From Clostridia bacterium (GTDB lineage: Bacteria; Bacillota; Clostridia; TANB77; CAG-465), in assembly GCA_030524345.1 (NCBI GenBank), contig JAUNGP010000008.1, positions 1,610-65,609 of the forward strand: a stretch of 64,000 nt of DNA, given 5' to 3'. Below the pieces are notes generated by a model. It was not told the origin of the DNA. It ran no database searches and saw only the letters and a list, made by a program, of their open reading frames with translations. Every line of letters starts with the position of its first letter. The stretch's first letter is position 1. Of the stretch, positions 27,366-36,313 are shown in pieces. Made by a program: the position numbers and the translations under genes.

Positions 27366-27370
27366 TGAGT

Positions 27371-27400
27371 AAGGTGACTTTTCAAGAGTCACCTTATTTA
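27371..27400 (+). terminator. intrinsic terminator
   Basis: AAGGTGACT (27371-27379) pairs with AGTCACCTT (27387-27395), followed by ATTTA. Confidence 0.6.
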
Positions 27401-27480
27401 CATTTTTATATGTAGGAAATTTTTAAGTCACCTTTTTATCGGTTCCATATTGTACTAAAATGTATGACCTTAGATATCAC

Positions 27481-27523
27481 TTACAAAATCGTAAGAAACA
27501 ATATTGTTATCATATGGTATAAT
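27481..27523 (+). promoter_or_regulatory. BceR-type box plus extended -10 promoter upstream of the response regulator
   Basis: TTACA-AAAT-CGTAA (27481-27494) differs by one base from TNACA-N4-TGTAA. TGgTATAAT at 27515-27523. Confidence 0.4.
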
Positions 27524-27542
27524 ATTGATAGGAGTGATTGAA

Positions 27543-28214
27543 ATGGCTAAAATTTTAATTGTTGAAGATGATGAAAAACTAAGAAATGAACTTGAAATTT
27601 TTTTGATGAAAAATGGGTATGAAGTAGGGAGTTTAAGTAAATTTGATAATACAGTAAAGGATATATTAAAAATTAGTCCAAGCTTAATTCTATTAGATAT
27701 TAATTTACCTTTTTTAGATGGAGAGTTTGTTTTAAAGGAAATTAGGAAAGTATCAGATGTGCCGATTATCATGGTGACGAGCAGAGAAAATGAAATAGAT
27801 GAACTGTTAAGTTTAAATTATGGTGCCGATGATTATGTTACAAAGCCATTTAATATTCAAATTCTTCTTGCTAAAATTGCAACTGTATTAAAGAGAGTCA
27901 ATAAAGGAGATATATCGTATAATAAGATTGACTGTGGAAATTTTACTTTAAATATCTCTAAAAGTGTCATTGAAAAAGATGATAAAGTGATAGATTTGAC
28001 AAAAAATGAATTAAAAATATTGCATTTTCTTGTTCAAAAAAGAGGACATATTGTATCAAGAGATGAAATTATGGAATATTTATGGGATAGTTCTAATTTT
28101 ATAGATGATAATACTTTAACTGTAAATGTAACAAGGCTTAGAAATAAATTAGAAGATATTAATTTAAAAGATATTATCGAAACAAAGAGAGGACAGGGAT
28201 ATATATTAAAATGA
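27543..28214 (+). CDS. OmpR-family response regulator (BceR-like)
   Basis: Receiver domain (KILIVEDD...LILLDINLP) and winged-helix output (LTKNELKILHFLV...RGQGYIL). ATG 27543 follows GGAGTGA. Confidence 0.88.
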   Translation: MAKILIVEDDEKLRNELEIFLMKNGYEVGSLSKFDNTVKDILKISPSLILLDINLPFLDGEFVLKEIRKVSDVPIIMVTSRENEIDELLSLNYGADDYVTKPFNIQILLAKIATVLKRVNKGDISYNKIDCGNFTLNISKSVIEKDDKVIDLTKNELKILHFLVQKRGHIVSRDEIMEYLWDSSNFIDDNTLTVNVTRLRNKLEDINLKDIIETKRGQGYILK

Positions 28215-29224
28215 AACTGTTTGATTTTTTAAAACAAAAGATTATTACAATATTCTTGATTAGTTTTGCATTAGCGACAATAGAAATTTTTTTACTTGTA
28301 TATGATATACCGATGCTTTTTAGACTTTATATTCCAATTTCTATTTTAATTGTGTATTTTGTTGGAATCATGATAGAATATCTCAGGAAAAAGTATTTTT
28401 ATAATGCGGTACTTAATCATTTAAATGAACTCGACAAAAAATTCTTGCTTGCAGAGGTAATAGATGATTCTAATTTTATAGAAGGAAAAATTCTAAAAAG
28501 TGTATTAGAAGAAACAGATAAATCAATGCTTGAACACGTGAACATATATAAGCGTTTGCAAGAGGATTATAAAGATTATATTGAACTTTGGATCCATGAG
28601 ATAAAACTTCCAATTGCTACCAGTAAGATGATTATAGAAAATAATAAATCAGAAGTTACTAAAAGTATTGATGAAGAATTAGATAAGATTGATAATTATA
28701 CAGAGCAGGCACTGTTTTATGCAAGAAGTAATACTGTTGAAAAAGACTATGCTATTAAGAAAAATAGTTTAGAGGAAATCGTAGACCTTGCTATCAAAAA
28801 GAATAAGAATATATTAATCTCTAATAGAGTAAAAATAGAGTTAAATCATTTGGACCATATTGTTTATACAGATAGTAAATGGTGTTCTTTTATATTAAGT
28901 CAAATTATTCAAAATAGTGTTAAATACTCAAAAGGAGATGAAAAAACAATTCAATTTTATAGTAGAGAAAATAAAGATAATGTTATATTATATATAGAAG
29001 ATAAAGGTATAGGGATTAAAGAAAGTGAAATTGTTAGAGTTTTTGATAAAGGTTTTACTGGATCAAATGGTAGAGTAAGTGACAAAAAATCTACTGGGAT
29101 TGGATTATATTTATGCAAGAAATTATGTGAAAAATTAGGACTTGCTATTCATATTAGTTCCGAGTATAATAAATATACCATAGTAGAAATTGTTTTTCCT
29201 AAGGGAAGTTATACACAAATGTAA
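28211..29224 (+). CDS. intramembrane-sensing histidine kinase (BceS-like)
   Basis: Two TM helices joined by about 4 residues, H-box WIHEIKLPIAT, and an ATPase domain (DKGIGI...GTGIGLYLCKKL). ATGA overlap with the RR gene. Confidence 0.85.
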   Translation: MKLFDFLKQKIITIFLISFALATIEIFLLVYDIPMLFRLYIPISILIVYFVGIMIEYLRKKYFYNAVLNHLNELDKKFLLAEVIDDSNFIEGKILKSVLEETDKSMLEHVNIYKRLQEDYKDYIELWIHEIKLPIATSKMIIENNKSEVTKSIDEELDKIDNYTEQALFYARSNTVEKDYAIKKNSLEEIVDLAIKKNKNILISNRVKIELNHLDHIVYTDSKWCSFILSQIIQNSVKYSKGDEKTIQFYSRENKDNVILYIEDKGIGIKESEIVRVFDKGFTGSNGRVSDKKSTGIGLYLCKKLCEKLGLAIHISSEYNKYTIVEIVFPKGSYTQM

Positions 29225-29236
29225 ATAGGAGAGAAT

Positions 29237-31120
29237 ATGAATTATAAAATTGTAAATGGTTCTGTTTCCTATGGAGCAGAAACTATATTAGAAGAGATTA
29301 ATTTTGAAATTAAAGAGAAAGAAAAAATTGCGATTGTTGGAAGAAATGGTAGTGGAAAGTCTACACTACTTAAAGCTATTATTCATAATGAGTTATTAGA
29401 GGAAGGAATTGGTTCATCAAAATTTGGTGTGTATCAACAGGGAAGTCCTGTAATTGGATATTTGAAGCAAATAGAATTTGAAGATGCTAATACCACACTG
29501 TTGGATGAAATATTAAAAATATATCAGATATTGACTGATTTAGAAAAAAAGATGATATATTTAGAGAATCAATTAAAAGAGGACTCTAATGAAAAAATGA
29601 TTAGAGAATATACAGATACTTTAGAAAAATATAAAAGGCTAGATGGATATACTTATCAAAAAGAATATGAAACTGTTCTTAATAAGTTTGGATTTGATAA
29701 AGAGGACAAGTATAAAAAAATAAGTGAGTTCTCAGGCGGACAAAAAACAAAAATTGCATTTGTTAAATTACTTTTGAGTAAACCTGATATATTGTTATTA
29801 GATGAGCCTACTAATAATTTAGATATTACGACAATTGAGTGGCTTGAAAATTATCTTAAAAATTATCCTAAGTCAGTAGTCATTGTATCTCATGATAGAA
29901 TGTTCTTAGATAAGATAGTAAGTAAGATATATGAGATTGAATATGCAACACTTACAGAATATACGGGAAATTATGCTTCTTTTGAAGTCCAAAAAAGAAT
30001 GAACTATGAAAAGCAGCTAAAGGACTATGAATATCAACAAAAAGAAATAAAAAGATTACAAACAATTGCAGATAGATTTAGGTACAAGCCTACAAAAGCT
30101 AAAATGGCTTTATCAAAACTAAAAAAAATTGAGCAAATGGTAAAAGTAGAAGAGCCAAATCAATATGATTTAAGAACATTTCATACTAATTTTAGTATAG
30201 AAGTAAATAGTGGAAATAAAGTACTTACTGTAAGAGATCTAGAGATAGGCTATGATAAAGTACTGTCCAAAGTTTCTTTTGAGTTATATAAGGGTCAAAA
30301 GCTTGGAATTATCGGTGCAAATGGAATGGGAAAGACAACTCTTTTAAGGACTCTTATGGGAATGATCCCAAAGCTTAGTGGAACATTTGAATATGGGTAT
30401 CATGTAAAAAAAGAGTATTTTGATCAGCAACTTCATTTTGAGGATAAAAATAGAACTGTATTAGAAGAATTTAGTAAGGAATTTCCAAATCTTACAATAA
30501 CAGAAACAAGAAATGCTTTAGGAGCTTTTATGTTTTCTGGGGAAGATGTATTAAAGAAAATAGCGGTTTTATCAGGTGGAGAAAGAAGTAGGTTACAACT
30601 GTGCAAAATTTTTAAGAAAAAACCAAATCTATTAATTTTGGATGAACCTACAAATCATATGGATATCATTGGAAAGGAAAGTTTAGAATACTTGCTGAAA
30701 AACTATGAGGGATCTTTGCTATTTGTTTCACATGATAGATATTTTGTGAATAAAATTGCAGATTCTTTGCTTGTTTTTGAAAATGGAAAAGTAAAGTATT
30801 TTAATTTAACATATAATGAATATTTAGCTATGAAAGAAAATAGTGAAGAAATAGAAGAAGAGAATAAAAACGAGAAAATACAAAATAGTAAAACATTGGA
30901 AAATAAAGAAAAATATAAAATACGTAAAAGAATTGGTAAGTTAGAGACAGAAATTTCCAAAAGAGAGGAGAAAATTAAATTATTGGAATTTGAAATGCAA
31001 AAGGAAGAAGTTTGTACGGACTATGTAAAACTTGGGGAACTTCAAAAGGAAATTCAAAATTTAAATGATGAACTTGATATATTATTAAATGAATGGGAAG
31101 AGTTAAGTAGCAATATATAA
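29237..31120 (+). CDS. ABC-F family ATPase (Uup/YdiF-like, C-terminal coiled coil)
   Basis: Two NBDs (GRNGSGKST, LSGGQ..LLLDEPTN; GANGMGKTT, LSGGE..LILDEPTN). No TM segments. Inter-domain linker and Glu/Lys-rich tail. Confidence 0.85.
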   Translation: MNYKIVNGSVSYGAETILEEINFEIKEKEKIAIVGRNGSGKSTLLKAIIHNELLEEGIGSSKFGVYQQGSPVIGYLKQIEFEDANTTLLDEILKIYQILTDLEKKMIYLENQLKEDSNEKMIREYTDTLEKYKRLDGYTYQKEYETVLNKFGFDKEDKYKKISEFSGGQKTKIAFVKLLLSKPDILLLDEPTNNLDITTIEWLENYLKNYPKSVVIVSHDRMFLDKIVSKIYEIEYATLTEYTGNYASFEVQKRMNYEKQLKDYEYQQKEIKRLQTIADRFRYKPTKAKMALSKLKKIEQMVKVEEPNQYDLRTFHTNFSIEVNSGNKVLTVRDLEIGYDKVLSKVSFELYKGQKLGIIGANGMGKTTLLRTLMGMIPKLSGTFEYGYHVKKEYFDQQLHFEDKNRTVLEEFSKEFPNLTITETRNALGAFMFSGEDVLKKIAVLSGGERSRLQLCKIFKKKPNLLILDEPTNHMDIIGKESLEYLLKNYEGSLLFVSHDRYFVNKIADSLLVFENGKVKYFNLTYNEYLAMKENSEEIEEENKNEKIQNSKTLENKEKYKIRKRIGKLETEISKREEKIKLLEFEMQKEEVCTDYVKLGELQKEIQNLNDELDILLNEWEELSSNI

Positions 31121-31123
31121 TAC

Positions 31124-31187
31124 TTACATTTTTGTAAGCTTTTGTAAGGTAAATCGATGGCAAAGACTATATTATTTCCGTTATAAT
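31124..31187 (+). promoter_or_regulatory. BceR-type binding site and promoter of the ABC transporter genes
   Basis: TTACA-TTTT-TGTAA (31124-31137), an exact TNACA-N4-TGTAA match. TTTGTAAG is repeated at 31141-31148. TATAAT at 31182-31187. Confidence 0.55.
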
Positions 31188-31212
31188 ATAGCTAAATGAA
31201 GGGAGAATGATT

Positions 31213-31980
31213 ATGGATACAGTATTAGAAGTTAAAAATTTGGAAAAATACTATGGCAATAAATCAAATCTTACTAAAGCTATCGATGATATTAGTTTTA
31301 AAGTAGATGAGGGTGAGTTTGTAGGAATTATGGGAGCAAGTGGTAGTGGAAAGACTACACTTTTAAATACGATTTCTACTATTGATAGAGTGACAGCAGG
31401 AAATATCATTATAAAAGGAAAAGATATTACAAAGCTTAAGGGAAATCATTTAAATAAATTTAGAAGAGAGGAATTAGGCTTTATATTTCAGGATTTCAAT
31501 TTACTAGATACTTTAACATCTTATGAAAATATTGCACTTGCCCTTACCATTCAAAAAGAATCACCTAAGGAAATAGAGGAAAAAGTAAAAGACATAGCAA
31601 AAAAATTAGAGATCGAAGATATTTTAAATAAATATCCGTATCAAATATCCGGCGGTCAGAAACAAAGAGTTGCTTCTGCAAGAGCAATTATCACAAATCC
31701 TAAGATAGTACTTGCTGACGAGCCAACAGGTGCGCTTGATTCTAAGTCTGCTAAAAAGCTACTTGAAAATTTTGAATATTTAAATAAAGAATTAAGGGCA
31801 ACAATCTTAATGGTAACACACGATGCCTTTACTGCTTCCTATGCAGATAGAATTTTGTTTATTAAAGATGGAAAGATATTTAATGAAATTATTAAAGGAA
31901 AAGATAGTAGAAAAGAATTTTTCGAAAAAATCATCGAGGTAGTTACACTTCTTGGAGGTGAACTAAACGATGTTATTTAA
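31213..31980 (+). CDS. ABC transporter ATP-binding protein (BceA-like)
   Basis: Walker A GASGSGKTT, signature SGGQKQR, Walker B VLADEPTG. ATG 31213 lies 7 nt after GGAG. Confidence 0.88.
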   Translation: MDTVLEVKNLEKYYGNKSNLTKAIDDISFKVDEGEFVGIMGASGSGKTTLLNTISTIDRVTAGNIIIKGKDITKLKGNHLNKFRREELGFIFQDFNLLDTLTSYENIALALTIQKESPKEIEEKVKDIAKKLEIEDILNKYPYQISGGQKQRVASARAIITNPKIVLADEPTGALDSKSAKKLLENFEYLNKELRATILMVTHDAFTASYADRILFIKDGKIFNEIIKGKDSRKEFFEKIIEVVTLLGGELNDVI

Positions 31981-34042
31981 ACTGTCATTAAAAAATATAA
32001 AAAAGAGTTTTAAAGATTATACAATTTATTTTATTACTTTGGCTTTAGGCGTTGCAATATTTTATATTTTTAATTCTTTGGATTCTCAAAGAGCAATGAT
32101 AGAAGTATCAAAAAGTACTGAGAAATTAATTGAACTTATGATTAATATGCTTGCTTGGGTCTCAGTATTTGTATCATTTATACTTGGGTTTTTAATTGTA
32201 TATGCAAACAACTTTCTCATTAAAAGAAGAAAAAAAGAGTTTGGAATATATATGACACTTGGAATGGGAAGAAGAAAAATATCAAAAATACTAATTATAG
32301 AGACATTGATGATTGGTGTAATGTCACTAGGCGTTGGACTTATTATGGGAATATTTGGGTCACAATTTATGTCCATATTGGTTGGAAAATTATTTGCAGC
32401 GGATATGAGTAAATTTGAATTTGTATTCTCAAGTGCTGCTTGCATCAAAACTTGTGTATATTTTGGAATTATGTATTTGTTAGTAATGCTTTTTAATACA
32501 TTTACTATTTCAAGATATAAATTGATTGATTTATTAACAGCAGTTAAAAAGACGGAGAAGATAAAATTAAAAAATACTGTCATATCAGTGATATTATTTA
32601 TCATATCAATTGTTATGCTTGGATACGCCTATTATAATGTTTCAGCAAGAATACATAATTTAAATCAAGAGAAAATACTAATAATGATTGGAATTGGAAC
32701 TTTTGCAACATTTTTATTTTTCTTTTCTCTTTCAGGATTTATATTAAAATTAGTACAGTCATGTAAAAAGATATATTTTAAAGAGCTTAATATGTTTGTA
32801 TTAAGACAGACGAATGCTAAAATTAATACAACAGTAGTTTCTATGTCAATTATATGTTTATTATTATTTTTAACGATCTGTATATTATCTTCTGCACTTG
32901 CTGTTAATTTAGTAATACAGACAGGAATCAGAGAACTTGCTCCTGTTGATATAGGAATTTCAAAAACCTTAGACTTGTCAGGAAATGATGCTTATGGTAA
33001 TCCATATTCTGAAAAAAGAATTGAAGACTCTAAAATATCAATTATTGATACATTAAAAAAAGTAGATTTTGATTTTAATGATTTGGTAGATTTAGTAGAT
33101 ATTACGATTTATGCTACAAATGAGCTGACAGTAGAAGATACATTTGGGGATCAACTCGAAAATGTGAAATCTCAATTTCAGATGCTCAAATTAGATACTG
33201 CTGAAGATATTATAAAAGTATCAGATTATAATAAGGTGGCAAGACTATATGGTATTCAAGAATATAGTTTGCAAGATGATGAATATATCATTTTGTGTGA
33301 TTATAAGAATATGAAAATAGTAAGAGATATGGCTTTAAAAGAAAATACCAATATAAAATTACTTGGAAAAACTTATCATCCAAAATATAATGAATGTCAG
33401 GATGGATTTATATATATGTCAGCAAATCATATTAACACTGGGATTATACTTGTACCAGATAGTTGTAATTTAACAGAGGATGTAAGAGCAGTAAATTATA
33501 TAGCAGCAAATTATCATGCCACAACGAAAGAAGAAAGAAAAGCAATTGAAGAAAAATTTTTAAGTGATGATTTCTTAAATAAATTAAAGGAGTTGGATTC
33601 TGATCTATCAGCAGAAAGCAAAATTAGTATTTTTGAGGCATCCACAGGATTGAGTGCTATGGTAACTTTTATTGGAATATATTTAGGTATGATATTTTTA
33701 ATATCTAGTGCAGCAATCCTTGCCTTAAAGGAACTTTCAGAGAGCTCAGATAATAAAGAGAGATATAATATTTTAAGAAGAATTGGTGCAGATGAAAAAA
33801 TGATTAATAAAGCACTATTTCGTCAAATTGGTATCTTTTTTATAACACCACTTTTGCTTGCAATCATTCATTCAATATTTGGAATATACTTTGCCACAAA
33901 TATATTAGATAGTTTGTTCTCTGGTTCAGATTTAACAACATCTATCATCATGACAGCAACATTTATCATTTTTATATATGGTGGATATTTTGTAGCAACT
34001 TATTTTGGAAGCAAAAATATTATAAAAGAATGCAATCATTAA
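31970..34042 (+). CDS. FtsX-domain ABC permease with large extracellular domain (BceB-like)
   Basis: 690 aa with a 4 TM + ~230-aa loop + C-terminal TM layout. Overlaps the ATPase gene by 11 nt. Confidence 0.8.
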   Translation: MLFKLSLKNIKKSFKDYTIYFITLALGVAIFYIFNSLDSQRAMIEVSKSTEKLIELMINMLAWVSVFVSFILGFLIVYANNFLIKRRKKEFGIYMTLGMGRRKISKILIIETLMIGVMSLGVGLIMGIFGSQFMSILVGKLFAADMSKFEFVFSSAACIKTCVYFGIMYLLVMLFNTFTISRYKLIDLLTAVKKTEKIKLKNTVISVILFIISIVMLGYAYYNVSARIHNLNQEKILIMIGIGTFATFLFFFSLSGFILKLVQSCKKIYFKELNMFVLRQTNAKINTTVVSMSIICLLLFLTICILSSALAVNLVIQTGIRELAPVDIGISKTLDLSGNDAYGNPYSEKRIEDSKISIIDTLKKVDFDFNDLVDLVDITIYATNELTVEDTFGDQLENVKSQFQMLKLDTAEDIIKVSDYNKVARLYGIQEYSLQDDEYIILCDYKNMKIVRDMALKENTNIKLLGKTYHPKYNECQDGFIYMSANHINTGIILVPDSCNLTEDVRAVNYIAANYHATTKEERKAIEEKFLSDDFLNKLKELDSDLSAESKISIFEASTGLSAMVTFIGIYLGMIFLISSAAILALKELSESSDNKERYNILRRIGADEKMINKALFRQIGIFFITPLLLAIIHSIFGIYFATNILDSLFSGSDLTTSIIMTATFIIFIYGGYFVATYFGSKNIIKECNH

Positions 34043-34062
34043 AGATTCCCATAATATAATAT

Positions 34063-34088
34063 AAAAGAGCAATTTATTGCTCTTTTAT
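34063..34088. terminator. intrinsic terminator
   Basis: AAAAGAGCAAT pairs with ATTGCTCTTTT (34063-34086), followed by a T-run. Confidence 0.65.
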
Positions 34089-34184
34089 ATTGTGCACTTG
34101 AATGTGTAAAAGAATTATAGTATAATATGTGCTGTGAAAAATAGCAAAAAATATATATTTCTTATAAAAAAGGAGTGATACTAG

Positions 34185-34646
34185 ATGAAAAGAATAACAA
34201 ACACAATACTTACAAATATGTGTATGATAGAAAATGATAAAGGAGAAGTTGTAGTACAGGATAGAGTTGGAAAATGGTGTGGCATAGCTTTTCCTGGTGG
34301 GCATGTTGAAAAAGGAGAATCTTTTCATGAATCTGTTATTAGAGAAATAAAGGAGGAGACTGGTCTTACCATTTCCAATGTAAAATTATGTGGAATAAAA
34401 GATTGGTATGATGAGAAAAATGATATTAGAAATATTATTCTTTTATATAAAACCAAAGACTTTGAGGGAGAACTTTTAGGTGAGACTTATGAAGGAAAAG
34501 TATTTTGGACAAAATTAGAAGATATCAAAAATCTAAATACTGCAGATAGTTTCCTTGAAAGTATAGAAGTGTTTACAAATGATCATGTAAATGAATTTTT
34601 CTTTGAGGAAACGAATACCGATCATTGGAAAAAATCTGTATTATAA
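34185..34646 (+). CDS. NUDIX hydrolase (MutT-like)
   Basis: Nudix box GGHVEKGESFHESVIREIKEETGL. AAGGAG SD. Confidence 0.8.
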   Translation: MKRITNTILTNMCMIENDKGEVVVQDRVGKWCGIAFPGGHVEKGESFHESVIREIKEETGLTISNVKLCGIKDWYDEKNDIRNIILLYKTKDFEGELLGETYEGKVFWTKLEDIKNLNTADSFLESIEVFTNDHVNEFFFEETNTDHWKKSVL

Positions 34647-34745
34647 CATGTTATTTATTCTCAATACTGCTAAAGTATTGAGTTTTTTATAAAATATATT
34701 TACATAGATTGTATTAAAGGGTAAAATATATTTAGGAGGTTAATT

Positions 34746-35336
34746 ATGGATAACAAAAAAATTACAGAAGCTAATGACATAGCAAAAAAGATTATGTGGA
34801 ATTTTATACTATGGGGAATCTTATTTTCAGTCGTAAAATTTGGTATAGATATCGTATTAAATTCATTAAGCAATATTAATAGTAGTTTTGGAATTTTAAC
34901 AAGTATTGTTTCTATTTTTATATCAGCTGTAATTACATTATTAAATTGGAATTTTGCAATATCTAGTTCATTTAAGAACAGAACAACATATATAAAAGAG
35001 ATACCGCAAATAATGAAATATCTTTTTATTTTTTTAATCGTGATTATGATAATCAATGCCATATCTACGTTTTTATCTGTAAAAGAAGATATTCGTAAAG
35101 AAATTGAGAAAAATTTAGGGGATACAAAATCAATGGATATGCTAATTGAAAGATATGGTTCTTATTTAGATGCTGATATGGTTTCAGAATACAATATGAA
35201 AAAGCAAGAGATTGTATCTAGTGTCAGTAAAAAAGCATATATTACTTTTGCTATTTCTGAACTTGTGATTATAGTAGTAAATTTAGGTATTTTAAAATAT
35301 GAAGAAAGCAATATTTTAAAATATACGATAGATTAA
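34746..35336 (+). CDS. hypothetical membrane protein
   Basis: AGGAGG SD. Four hydrophobic segments. No motif recognised. Confidence 0.5.
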   Translation: MDNKKITEANDIAKKIMWNFILWGILFSVVKFGIDIVLNSLSNINSSFGILTSIVSIFISAVITLLNWNFAISSSFKNRTTYIKEIPQIMKYLFIFLIVIMIINAISTFLSVKEDIRKEIEKNLGDTKSMDMLIERYGSYLDADMVSEYNMKKQEIVSSVSKKAYITFAISELVIIVVNLGILKYEESNILKYTID

Positions 35337-35413
35337 GTTGTTTATATTATACAAAAGTGCTCATAAATATTAAATTATTAATACTTAGAGCACTTTTCAT
35401 TTGCTACTTCTTC

Positions 35414-36097
35414 TTATTCTTCCTTTTCTTTTGCTTCTTCTTTTTCAGCTTTATCAATAGAATCTTCAATGCAGGTCATAAATATTGCCATTTCAGCTGA
35501 TACATCACTAGAATCTTTTATAGTGATCGTATAGGCGCTGGTAAAAAGATTAAAGTTTTTATGAACAGTATAAATTTCATCTTTATCTGTATTATAAAAC
35601 TTATCCTTCTTTAATAAGCTGACCACTTCATCACTAACACCAATTTCATTTTTATCCTTGTCATAAAAGTGAAAATAATATCCTACTCTAAAGAGGTCTT
35701 CTAACCTTTCTTCACCCATATATCCTACGACATTTCCTTCATTGTCATACATCTCAGCCAGTCTGTTTAGCTTGATCCCCCAGCGTTTTATCTGTTTTTC
35801 CTTGCCGACTAATTCACCGGAAATATTAGTTAGGGATAAAACTTCACCAGTAATATTAATATATTTTCCTGTAACATTTGCAATGTATTCATCGTTTACA
35901 AATATTCTGTAGCTTTTGTTACCAGCAATGATCCTTTCCTTTATTTTAATTTCATCTGCATTGTTTAATATTTCTTTTACTTCATCAACAGAATATTTTA
36001 CTCCGCCAGTATTTTCGGAGATAATAATTGCTAAAAATATAGCTAGTGATAAGATAATTAAAATAGCTGCAAAAATAATAAAACGTTTTTTCTTCAT
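35414..36097 (-). CDS. membrane-anchored protein, possibly LURP-one-related (YxjI/tubby-like fold)
   Basis: AGGAGG SD and an N-terminal TM. Beta-rich repeats and the C-terminal DVSAEMAIFMTCIEDSI resemble LOR family ends. Weak, recall-based. Confidence 0.35.
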   Translation of the reverse strand: MKKKRFIIFAAILIILSLAIFLAIIISENTGGVKYSVDEVKEILNNADEIKIKERIIAGNKSYRIFVNDEYIANVTGKYINITGEVLSLTNISGELVGKEKQIKRWGIKLNRLAEMYDNEGNVVGYMGEERLEDLFRVGYYFHFYDKDKNEIGVSDEVVSLLKKDKFYNTDKDEIYTVHKNFNLFTSAYTITIKDSSDVSAEMAIFMTCIEDSIDKAEKEEAKEKEE

Positions 36098-36257
36098 AAA
36101 AAATCCTCCTGTAATTTTGATAGTTACAAAATCATAAATAATATGTTGGCAATCATTATAGTATAATTATTAAATTATGTCAAGCAAATTTAAAATAATT
36201 GTTTACGAGGTTGGAAAGTTATTAAGAAATCGTAACAAGGACCGAATCTCTTTTAAA

Positions 36258-36286
36258 TTGACTTTTTATATCTACTATGGTATAAT
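36258..36286 (+). promoter_or_regulatory. sigma-A promoter with extended -10
   Basis: TTGACT (36258-36263), 17 nt, TGgTATAAT ending at 36286. Confidence 0.6.
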
Positions 36287-36313
36287 TTAGCTTAGCAATT
36301 TGGAGGAATTAAT

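Noticed and set aside
32086-32604. 172-aa minus-strand ORF.
   Set aside because: It lies entirely inside the BceB-like permease gene, is antisense to it, and is Ile/Asn-rich.
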